Shown here in pieces: positions 38,995 through 49,813 of a DNA stretch of 49,813 nucleotides. The position numbers and the translations under genes were made by a program. How positions within the stretch are numbered: position 1 is the stretch's first letter; each line of letters starts with the position of its first letter. The stretch is taken from positions 5,012,791 through 5,062,603 of the forward strand of contig NC_057751.1 of the NCBI RefSeq assembly GCF_004010195.1, written 5' to 3'. The stretch comes from Chiloscyllium plagiosum (lineage: Eukaryota). The notes beneath the pieces were generated by a model. That model made no database searches, was not told where the DNA came from, and saw only the letters and a program-made list of their open reading frames with translations.

Positions 38995-41152
38995 TTTTCC
39001 TGACTATTGGACTCAGGATCATCATTAGAGTCTCAATTTTGAATGAATTGAAATTCCACCAGCCGGCATGTGGGATTTGAACTGGGGTCCCCTGGGCTCT
39101 GGGTGAATAGCCACTTGGCCACCTGCTATCCCGAAAGCTGAGAGGTATCTAGCTGCTCACAATGTGCTCCATAACACTGCCGAGGTAGAGAATGGCGAAG
39201 GGATTTGGATCTGCCTTTCCCGTGCTTGACCCCAAGGTGAGACTCAGAGCTCCCTGGGGTTTGGCAGACTGAGTCTAACTCCCAGTTCATGTTCTGAAGG
39301 AGTCTTGTCTGATTAAAAGGGGTGAAGTCCACCTGATAAAGTTCAGAGGGGATTCCTGAAATAAGGACGTGTCACCCCCAACAGCAACAACAACAACTTC
39401 ATGCCTGAGACAGCGTCTACAGCCTGTCTCTCCCCCATAACATCCAGAGGGGTGGCTCGATGTGGCTCAGTCAGGATTGTTGGGACAAACTCTGACTGCT
39501 CCCTCACTGCCCATGCCAACCGCGGGCAGCTTGGATGAACCATTGTGGAAACAGATCTTTGTGATTTCTGACCAGAACGACAGGAGTGGGAGCTGTTTGT
39601 CACAGCCTCACCATCACATCCCCCAGCTTGGGGGCAAAGAGCTAGTCCCCTCTGTCCAAACACATCGAGGAGAATTAACTCCACCTTCTGCAATCCTCCT
39701 GCTCGGGACAGAGGGTCACTACCCTCACCCCAAGCCCCCAGTATCCCGACCTCCATCCACTGGGATCTTGCTGTGCACACATTCACTACTGCGTGGTGAT
39801 AGATCAAGTTTTGGGGAGGGGGGGGGTCTCTCTGTTTCCAACATTGTTCGGGATGGAAAGGCCAGTGAGACCTCTCACAGGGCAGTGCGGAGTGACCCTG
39901 GTGGATAGACGTGCAGATGGATGGGTGTCAATGAAGAGTAGGAACGTTGCTGAGGGAGCAGCTGGTGAAAGCTTGACCATTGCTGAACCCTGGGGAACCC
40001 TCATCCACTGGACCTGCCTGGAAGCAGCTACAATGAATCAGGCTTCATTCTCCGCTCCTCGCTCCAGTCCATTTCATTACATTGGTCTGGAATCAGAAGG
40101 CGAGGGTCTCAGACACATGCCCGGGAATCCCCGAGATCCCTTATGGAGTGTGTCATGGCAGAAGCAACAGCATGACTGGATCCAGCAAACAGAGGCAGCT
40201 GCTCAGTTCTCTCAATCCCACTGGCACTGAGAGAGCTCATCCCATCTGCTGATAGACGAGAATGGCTCCATTACTACCTGAATCGCAGTCCCTCTGTGTG
40301 AAGCTAAGAGTGTCATTGGAGGGCTAGATAGTTTCATTCCCACCAAAGCAGCCGGGCTCAATGACAGCTTGACTATCAGGACTCACCAGTCAATCACTTG
40401 ACTGCATAACGAAGGAATTTGACTCACTGGTGAAGCCCAGTGACACCGTTGCCTGGACACCTTCCCTGATATAGACACAAGCCTCTCCAGAGATCTATAC
40501 TCTATTGTACATGTGTCCATCCACAATTCTGCTTACAGTGACTTGTCCAATATTGCACTGGTTTGAGATTCTCAGCTCCCACCTGTGTAACCATTTCCAG
40601 TTTTCTGTCCTTCTTGTGTGGTTTCAGGCCAGCAGGAAACTCTGTGTGAAATCCTTCCTGGCTTGGTGAGGAAACCTCTCTCTCCTCTTTTTAAGGGCTT
40701 CTGAAAACATCTCCTTGCAGTCACCCGTCCTGATAACTCCAAAAACAACTGAGCCTCAGATCCAGTTTGGGAACACTCCTCTGATTCCCTTTCCCACCCA
40801 AGGAACAGCAATGTCAGACAGGTTTTCCCTTTGACACGGTCTGTTCACTCAGCTTGGTTTGAAACTGCAAACTGCTTTCTTCCTCACATTCCCATCCAAT
40901 TGCTTCCTCTCACTCCACTTTACTTCAGTGCACTGACATGGAACGGGCAAAGAAGCTAAATGATTGCACATGCGTATAGACATGTGGATTCACAAAATAT
41001 GGGTAGGCATATGCCATTCGGCCCCTCTCACCTGCTACATCATTCAATAATCTCATCTCAATCTCAATTCCACTTTCCTGCCCATTCCCGGTAGTCCTTC
41101 AACCCATTACTAATAAAACTCTATGTCCTCCTCAAATTTATTCCGTGTCCCA

Positions 41153-41746
41153 TGTTAGGGACCAAGCCAGATCCCCTCAGAATATTTTCAGAAGGTAGCC
41201 CAGACACTAACCTTTTCTTATTGTAAAGGTAGGTGTGAGCTGGATAGTCCAGGAGTGATACAGCTGGTCAAACCACTCGGCTTTAAGCAACACAGAATTT
41301 ATTTACGCACGACAGTTGAATCACAAACAAAAGAATACGGAATTTAGAATAATTTCACTATTGGAAAACTCAACCGACAGCAACTTAACTGAGGAGCTGT
41401 TCCAATTCCCGTAACATCCCACAAACGCACCCCTTGGCAAAAGGTAAATTCAATCACTGGTTCCTCCAGGCAGGAGAGATTTCAGAGACAGAGGCCTGAA
41501 CCTGTTTGCAGTGAAGCAGCTTCTGACTTCCTGCTCCCAGCACCTTCTCTGCTACAGCTAAACCAAACCAGAAAAAACCTCAACCGGGAGAACTGACCAC
41601 TCCCCTGCCATAGTGAAAGTCAACAACCCAGACATCTGCCTTTCCTGACACTCTTGAAAATAAAAACCCAAGGACAGGATTGTCACTGCCACCCCCCCCC
41701 CCCCCCCCCCCCTCCTCAGCATGTGCCATGTCAGGCTGCTGTCACA
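41153..41746. mobile_element. Possible solo LTR (right end uncertain)
   Basis: Starts TGTTA, abruptly interrupting a CR1 tail. Shares tttaa.gcaacacagaa..tttat with the LTR at 45849. No TSD was found. Confidence 0.35.
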
Positions 41747-44639
41747 CCTGATGTTCCTCGGGTCAATCCCTCCCTTCCTCAGTGGGAGGGGCTTCCTAGC
41801 CAGAGACACCATCTTCCCCTCCAGTCCTGCAGCACCCTGGGGGTCTCCTCTGAGAATGTGACCCTGGGTGAGGAAGGAAGCAGAGAGGGACAGTAAAGAT
41901 TGGGAGGTTGTGGGGAACAGACCTGCACACAGTCCTCCAGCTGTGGCCTGAACATAGTGCTGTCCAGCTCCAATATAACCTCCCTGCTCCGACTGTCTCT
42001 ACCATCACTGATGAAGGCAAGTGTCCCTTTTGCCATCTCAACTCCCCCATGAACCTGCCCTGTTCCCTTTCGGGATCTGTGAACATACACCCTTCCTGCT
42101 CTCTGCTGAGTGTGAACAATTCCATCGCCATGATTTTGAGGAGATCGGAAGGGGAAGATCGATGTGGTGTCCCAGTGAATACAGGATGGTGGACTGATGG
42201 AGATCAAACAGAGGACAGCATATTGGGAGGTGAGCACACTGCTCAGTTCAAACTGGCTGAGTGACCAAGAGCTCAGGAATCTCTCTGTTGGCTGGCAGTT
42301 AGTTGGGTACATTCTTGTGATGTTGAAAGACCTGATTGTATTTGTGTCCTGACACTGAATACGAACAAAAAGAAATCAACAACCCAGTGACCTGGCAGAG
42401 TTGCCCAAGGTACAGTCAGGATAGGTTTGCCACAGTGACAATGCTGACTTGTTACCCACAGCTCCAATTGCAACGACAAAGTTTGACATCAGGCTGAAGG
42501 GGCTTGGTTCACTCACAAAACAATGGCAGTACATCACTGGGATTGTCTGGGTTCCTGTCTCCGTCGTTCAGGACCAGCTCCCCCCTTCCCCATGGTCGGG
42601 GGGAACACGGCTGATCTCCCCCCAATTACCCCCCCCCCACCATGAGCTCAGGGAGTGGCCCAGTGTCCCTTCACTCTGCTTCTGCTCTCTGTATTTATCC
42701 TTCCTGCTCTTCCAAATCTCCTACTCTCTCAATTCAAGGCGGTACTGGCTACAGACCATCAAGTGCTGCTAGTGAGGCAGTTAGTTCATCGAGGTGCGAG
42801 GAGTTAGTCAGTGAGTTTGATGGTCAGTTAGTCTGTTAATGAGTAACCCTGTATTCCCTCAGCTGCTTTCTCTGTGCAGGTAGCAGAAGTACCAGATCTG
42901 AGCTCAGCTCTGCACGGACCCAGCACAATGAGGGAAATGCTTCCTTTCCTGGTTGCCAGTTGCTGTTGGGGAGCTTAGCAACGTTTCGTCAATGTAGCGT
43001 CTGACGGAGTCAGGAACTTGAATGGGCATGTGAGGAACCCAAATTATTGTCAGAACACAAGAAGCTTTCTAAATCCTGTTTTGTGCTGACCAGTTCAATT
43101 CTGAGAGGATTATTTCATTTCAGTTCAGAATTAAACCTTTCTTCTCTGTCTGGATTGAAAAGGATTTGCAAACAGCGATGCTTAACTCCCTATCATTTTG
43201 CAAACACACAAAGCATGACACAGTTGGATTGCTGTATGTGAAAACTCCAAAGGTACACTCAGGTATGCTTAACACGCCTTCAAAAACGGAGGAAGACAAC
43301 GCACTCAAACAGAGACAGTTTTAGTTTTTCTTTTACCTCTTTGTGCATCTGTTACCCATAGCAACCATATTGCCATGGGTCTGGAGTCATGTGGAGGCCA
43401 GACCAGGTAAGGATGGCAGATTTCCTCCCATGAGCAGGCCAGATGAGTCAGTAACAACCATTACAATCGGTCAGCGATGGTCCTGCTTTTTAAGTCCAGA
43501 TTTTCCATTGAAATTGCACCAGCAGCCAGGGTGGGATTTGAACCCATGTCCCCAGTAAAGCAGCACGGGGCTCAGGATTACTTCTCGAGTTATATTACCA
43601 CCGTGCCTGGCAATGTTGCAGCAGTGTCGTGGTGGTACTGGCACAGTACTTCAGACAGCAGAGAAAGAGTAACAGAGGAAATGCCTGTTCCTGCCTAATC
43701 AAGTAAAGAATGACCTCCAGGGTCTGAGATTGAGTAGTTTGCATTCCAAAGAAACTCAGCTTCCAACAAGGCAATTCATTAGAAGGTAGATGAGTGAATG
43801 GCACAAATCATTGCGAATGAATATGATATGGTCGCCATGACAGAGACATGGTCACAGGATGGTCACCATGAGGAATTAAATATCCAGGGGTATCAGACTA
43901 TTCTGAAGGGCAGACAGGAAGGTAAGGGAGGTTGTGTAGCTCTGATATTTAAGGAGGACATCAGGGCATTGCTGAGCGATGATATTGGCTTCTATGGAGA
44001 ATAAGATTGAATCTATTTGGGAGGAAATTAGAAATTCTAAGAAGAAGAAAAGCACTCATAGGGGTAGTCTATTGGCCACCAAATAATAACATCACATCGG
44101 GGCGGGCAATAAACAAAGAAATTACTAATGACTGTAAAAATAGTATGGCAATTATCATGGAGGATTTTAATCTACATGTCAATTGGTCGAACCAGCTCAG
44201 CCAGGGCAGCTTTGAGGGGGAATTCATTGACTGTATCTGTGATAGTTTTCTTGAACAGTATGTAATGGAACCGACGAGGGAGCAACCTATCCTCGATCTG
44301 GTCCTGTGTAATAAGACAGGAATAATTAATGACCTCATAGTTAGGGATCCTCTTGGAAGGAGTGATCACAATATGGTTGAATTTAGAATACAGATGAGGA
44401 TGTAAAGATAAAATCCAATACCAGGGTCCTGTGCTTAAACAAGGGAGACGACAAGAGAATGAGAGGGGACTTGGCTAAAGAAGACTGGAAACAAAGATTT
44501 TATGATGGGGCAACTGACGAGCAGTGGACGACTTTCAAAGCAATTTTTCAACGTGCTCAGTGAAAGTATATACCAGTGAAAAGGAAGGTCTGTAAGAAAA
44601 GGGGTACTCTGCCATGGGTGTCTCAGGGAATAAGGGAGG

Positions 44640-44790
44640 GGAAAGTGAGGACTGCAGATGCTGGAGATCAGAGTGGTGCTGGAAAAGCACAGCAGGTCAG
44701 GTAGCAGGATAGTCAATGTTTTGGGCATAAGCCCTTCATCAGGAATGTTGGAGGGGGTTGGGGCAGCAGGGAAAGTAGTTTGGAAAGTGA
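44640..44790 (-). mobile_element. Penelope-like 3'-end fragment nested in CR1 (hammerhead with mutated GAAA box)
   Basis: gaaagtgaggactgcagatgctggagatc...gggcataagcccttcatcaggaat. Confidence 0.8.
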
Positions 44791-44965
44791 TCTGACCTGC
44801 ACATCTTTGGACTGTGGGAGGAAACCGGAGCACCCAGAGGAAACCCACGCAGACAAGGGGAGAATGTGCAAACTCCACACAGTCAGTCGCCTGAGGCAGG
44901 AATTGAACCCGGGTCTCTGGCGCTGTGAGACAGCAGTGCTAACCACTGTGCCACCGTGCTGCCCA
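44790..44965 (-). mobile_element. V-SINE (HE1-like) 5' half nested in CR1
   Basis: Minus strand GGGCAGCACGGTGGCACAGTGGTTAGCACTG (A box), GGTTCAATTCC (B box) and V domain. Confidence 0.88.
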
Positions 44966-45848
44966 CCGTACCTCCGCTTTTGAGGAGGAGACGAGGCATT
45001 TAGTTATGGGATATCATGAAACGGCCAAGGCACTGAAGAGGTGTTTTGTATTGGTCTTCACAGTGAAGGGCACCAATAACATGCCAGCAATTGACAAAGA
45101 GACAAAGGTAAGTGAGGACCTGGAAGAAAAATCATTATTACTGCAGACGTAGTGTTGGGCAAGCTATTGGAGCTAAGGATAGACAAGTCTCCTAGCTCTG
45201 ATGGAATGCATCCCAGGGGACTAAACAACATGGCGGGAGAAATAGCAGGTGGGCTGGCAGTAATTTTCCAAACATTGCAGGACTTTAAGGCAGTTCCAGC
45301 AGATTGCAGAACAGTAAATGTGACGCTACTGTTTAAAAAGGAAGGTCAACAAAAGATGAGGAATTATAGACCGGTTAGCTTAACCTCTGTAGTGGGGAGG
45401 ATGATTGAGTTAATTATCAACCAACAAATAGCAAGGCATCTAGATAAAAAATTTCCCATTGGGCAGATGCAGCATGGGTTCATGAAAGGCAGGTCATGCT
45501 TAACAAATCTTTTGGAATTCTATGAAGATATTACAAACACAGTGGACAATGGGGACCGAGTAGATGTGGTGCACCTCGATTTCCAAAAGGCCTTTGACAA
45601 GGTGCTGCACAAGAGGCTGCTGCATAAGATAAAGATGTGTAGCATTATGGGCAAAGTATTAGCATGGATAAAGGATTGGTTGACTAACAGGAAGCAAAGA
45701 GTGGGGATAAATGAATGCTATTCTGGTTGGCAATCAGTAACTAGGGGTGTGCCTGATGGATCAGTGTCGGGACCGCAATTATTTACAATTTATATCGATG
45801 ATTTGGAGTTGGGGATCACGTGTAGTGTGTCAAAACTCCGGATGACAC

Positions 45849-46535
45849 TGTTACGACACAGGATAGACTCTCCTCCTTAATTTAAAGCAGCAACACAGAA
45901 AAGATTTATCCCGAGCAGTAATCTGTGAACATTCAAGAGGCCAAGAACTATTTAAAGTAAAAATTAACAACTTTATTCCTTAAAGTATAACAGAAAATAA
46001 TTAACTACTTTTTACAACTCCCTCTTCTAACCTATCTTTTACTTTCCCTTCTATAATACTAGTCTGATAAAACCCCCGAGTAAGATTTACTGAAAAATTC
46101 AAATTTCAAAACCCAGCCATTATTTGGATCTTCCGGTGCCTTAATTTCTTCTTCTTAGGGATTGCTGCCTCACAGGTCATGGATTGATAAAGGTACCTTT
46201 AAGAGAGCTATTCTCCAGGCAGTCTGCAGATGTCATTGTTGGTTTGGCAGTTCTCCTCCCCACTGTTCAATTTTCCCCAGTGTTATACGCCCAAAACATT
46301 GGATTGTGTCATTGGCTTTTAAGATTGTCAATATACTCAATTCAAACTGGATTGGAGTTTGGTATTTTTCAGGGTATAATTCGAATTGGTTTTATCATCT
46401 CCAGGCAACCAGCTAATCGAGTTGGTCAACCAAACGTTCTGTTGTTAACTTATTCAGAACACTTAGTGCTGTGTCAGGTACTTCTGCTCGCTTTTAACTC
46501 TCTTAAAGATACAGTACATCCACAACTTCAGAACA
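45849..46535. mobile_element. Solo LTR (687 bp) inserted in the CR1 RT
   Basis: TGTT...AACA termini. 4-bp TSD ACAC at 45845-45848 and 46536-46539. Removal restores GAT GAC ACT AAG (DDTK). Confidence 0.85.
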
Positions 46536-46965
46536 ACACTAAGATGAGTGGTACAGCAAAGTGTGCAGAGGACTGTGAAACTTTGCAGAGGAACATGAAT
46601 TGTTTAAGTGAGTGGGCAAAGGTCTGGCAGATGGAGTACAATGTTAATCAATGTGAAGTCATCCATTTTGGTAGGAATAACAGTAAAAAGGACTATTACT
46701 TGAAATTGCAGCATGCTGTTCTGCAGAGGGACCTGAGTGTCTCTGTACATGAATCACAGAAGTTTGGTCTGCAGGTGCAACAGGTAATGAAGAAGACAAA
46801 TGGAAATTTGTCTTTCATTATTAAAGGGATTGAGTTTAAAAGCAGGGAGGTTACGTTGCAGCTATATAGAGAGCTGGTGAGGCCACACCTGGAGTACTGC
46901 GTGCAGGTTTGGTCTCTTTCCTTGAGAAAGGATGTACTGGCACTAGTGGGGTACAGAAGAGGTAG

Positions 46966-47093
46966 GAGAAAGTGAGGACTGCAGATGCTGGAGATCAGAG
47001 CTGGAAATGTGTTGCTGGAAAAGCGCAGCAGGTCAGGCAGCAATCAAGGAGCAGGAGAATCGACGTTTCGGGCATGAGCCCTTCTTCAGGAAT
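46966..47093 (-). mobile_element. Penelope-like 3'-end fragment with intact minimal hammerhead (47058-47093), nested in CR1
   Basis: Minus strand: attc CTGAAGA a GGGC tcat GCCC GAAA CGTC gatt. Confidence 0.82.
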
Positions 47094-48899
47094 GGTACAC
47101 TAGATTGATTCTGGAGTTGAGGGGATTGGCTTATGAGGAGAGACTGAGCAGACTGAGGATACTGGGAATATATTCATTGGAATTTCGAAGAATGTGGGGA
47201 ATCTCACAGAAACATATAAAATAATGAAGGGAATAGATAAGATAGATGTAGAGAAGATGTTTCCACAGGCACGTGAAACTAGGACAAGAGGGCATAGCCT
47301 CAAAATTAGGGGGAGCAAATTTAGGAACAAATTGAGGAGGAAATTCTTCACCCAAAGGGTTGTGAATCTATGGAATTCCCTGCCAAGTGAAGTGGTTGGG
47401 GCTTTCTCGGTACATGTTTTGAAAGCTAAGATAGATAATTCTTTTAACAGTGAAGAAATTAAGGGTTTTTGTGAGAGGGTGGGTAAGTGGAGCTGAGGAC
47501 AGGAAAAGATCAGTCATGATTTTATTGAACGGCAGAGCAGGTTCAAAGGTTCTCATCCTTCCCAAAGCAAGTTGCACTCTGTTTGTTCGAACAGATTGTT
47601 GAATGAGTGCCCTCGCAGAAGGGACTGGGTTAGAACCTGCTTGAACATATCTGGTCGGTGTGCGTGGGATCTGACAATGAGAAACCTTCAGTGCGTCTTA
47701 ATAGGGCCCCTTTGTGAATCCAAGCTTTTGTTTTATGATTAAAGCACAGCTTTGTGTGACAATGAATTGATGCCAAAATACCATACAACCTGATTCCCTC
47801 AACCCACATTCTTCACAGACTGTAATCAAAGAGTTTCTCAGAGTCTGGGAGGGGAGAAAAACAAAAAAGCTGTCTTTGTCTCCTCTCTCTCTCTCTCTGT
47901 CCAGAATTCACAACCAAGATATCAGGACAAGCTGGAGGCTACAATCGTTCAAGGACCAGCAATGTCTATTGTTCAGGGGGGCTTTACTCCCACAGAAGAC
48001 TGGGGAAAGAGAGGGAAATGCTTGCCTCACAATCACGAGGTTAGGATGTCCACAACTCATTTCCCAAGGTAGCTGCTGAGACTTAGACTCTTGGAAGCTT
48101 GCAATTATAATGACAGTGACTATGAAATGATGATCATTAAAAGCCCACCCAGTTCACTCATGCTCGCTAGGGAAGGAAATCTGCAGTCCTTACCTGGTCT
48201 GGCCTATATGTGACTCCAGACCCACAGCCAATGTGGTTAACTCTTAACTGCCCGCTGGGCCACTAGGGATGGGCAATAATTGCTGTACCTCTCCAGCGAT
48301 GCTCACAACAAATTGAGAGGACAGTACAGTGAATCGATCTGACGACACAGCACATGATAGGATAAGCAGCCTTCTGTGAGAGACCAAACCTTGGACAAAT
48401 GGCCCCACAGCATCCCCCCTGCCACCTATCCAGTCCCCCTGACAGACAGAGGTGAGGCCAACACCTTGTCTTTGAATTCTTGCTATGCCCCAGTCAGTCA
48501 TTCTCCTTGCTGTTGTGGGATGCCAGGCAAAGTGGGACTGGCAGTCAATCTTAATATTGTTCTCCTGGCACTGAACCCCCCCCCCCAGTTCGCAAGAGCC
48601 TGCACATGTGGCAGAGATTCAGTTTTTGTTCACTCAATCCTGCTGTGGGGGAAGGGGCTGGGGCAAAAGACACAGGACCCCCATTGCATTGTGCCATCAG
48701 CAGCTGAACCCGACTGGAAACGGTGGGGCACAATGGTGCCAGACCAGCTAGGACAGCCACATCTCCTTCCTCAGAGCCTGCCTACAGAACCAAGTGATCC
48801 TGCATAGACTCCAGACTGCAGTCCAGTCCACCATCACAATCTGGACCTGAACAGGACAACCAATCCTTACTCCAACTCCGGAAACCTTCAGAAATGGTT

Positions 48900-49281
48900 C
48901 TCCTTCTGGATCAACTGCTCCACACTCGCAGCTATGCACCACCACCTAATCTCTCGACAGTCAACCATGCCCCAGCTCAGGGCCACACTCTCCCAGACCT
49001 GCAAAGGACTACTGCTGCTTTACATCCTTCGAAGAATTCACAAGCTCAACAGACATTTTCTCTTCAACATATCAGACATAAAACTCACAAACCTGACTTC
49101 CCCGGCTGTCCCATTGTCTCAACATACTCCTGACCCACTAAAACAAACCATCATCGCCCAGGCCATCCATAACCTCATCACCACAGCCTCCAATCTCTTC
49201 ATCCGTGAACCCCGCACTGCCCGATTCTATCTCCTACCGAAGATTCACAAACCTGACTTTCCCAGCCGTCCCATTGTCTCA
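48900..49281 (+). mobile_element. Penelope-like RT N-terminal fragments
   Basis: EPRTARFYLLPKIHKPDFPSRPIVS. The HKPDFP..PIVS segment is duplicated at ~49085-49121 and ~49245-49281. Confidence 0.8.
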
Positions 49282-49813
49282 GGAGAAAGTGAGGACTGCA
49301 GATGCTGGAGATCAGAGCTGAAAAATGTGTTGCTGGAAAAGCGCAGCAGGTCAGGCAGCATCCAGGGAACAGGACGTTTCCGGCATAAGCCCTTCTTCAG
49401 GAATGAGGAGGGTGTGCCAAGGGGGCTAAGATAAAAGGTAGGGAGGAGGGACTTGGGGGAGGGGCATTGGGAATGCGATAGGTGGAAGGAGGTCAAGGTG
49501 AGGGTGATAGGCCGGGGAGTGGGGTGGGGGGCGGTGAGGTCAGGAAGAAGATTGCAGGTTAGGAAGGTGATGCTAAGTTCGAGGGATTTGACTGAGACAA
49601 GGTGGGGGGAGGGGAAATGAGGAAACTGGAGAAATCTGCATTCATCACTTGTGGTTGGAGGGTTCCTAGGCGGAAGATGAGGCGCTCTTCCTCCAACCGT
49701 CGTGTTGCCATGGTCTGGCGATGGAGGAGCCCAAGGACCTGTATGTCCTTGGTGGAGTGGGAGGGGGAGTTGAAGTGTTGAGCCACGGGGTGGTTGGGTT
49801 GGTTGGTCCGGGT
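49282..49813 (-). mobile_element. Penelope-like element 3' end (GIY-YIG C-terminus + pLTR with hammerhead), continuing beyond the window
   Basis: AQHFNSPSHSTKDIQVLGLLH..LEEERLIFRLGTLQP; hammerhead-like CTGAAGAAGGGCTTATGCCGGAAACGTC at ~49373-49400. Confidence 0.88.

Larger units (their letters stand above)
43730..47545 (+). mobile_element. Decayed CR1 LINE ORF2 (APE endonuclease + RT + tail) with nested insertions
   Basis: APE motifs: MTETW, LIGVVYWPP, EDFN, EPTREQPILDLVL, SDHNMV. RT motifs: NYRPVSLTS, QHGFMKGRSCLTNL, DFQKAFDKV, DD/TK, LVRPHLEYCVQVW. Several stops and frameshifts. Confidence 0.93.

Noticed and set aside
44900..44965. tRNA gene
   Set aside because: The A and B boxes run directly into a V-SINE body; this is a SINE head.

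Overview
Repeat-rich vertebrate genomic DNA, most likely from a shark (inferred from HE1/V-SINE-type SINEs, CR1 LINEs and Penelope-like elements; species not determinable). There are four assembly gaps. None of the long ORFs in the track is a host gene: they are simple-repeat or retroelement translations. The host genes are spliced and missing from the track. They are two tandem, divergent beta-microseminoprotein (MSMB/PSP94-family) genes on the + strand. One is represented by its terminal exon at 415-541. The other has three coding exons (16236-16329, 18264-18366, 21641-21752) that give a signal peptide and the 10-Cys pattern; its ATG exon is uncertain. This second gene has a GC-AG intron, a ~550-nt adenine-free tract before its last acceptor, and a shortened C-terminus. 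About ten minimal hammerhead-ribozyme motifs from three families occur in Penelope-like 3' ends, including a U3:A8 core variant. A decayed CR1 carries nested insertions, one being a solo LTR at its catalytic DD-T-K motif. There is also a 5.5-kb homogeneous 33-bp tandem array.
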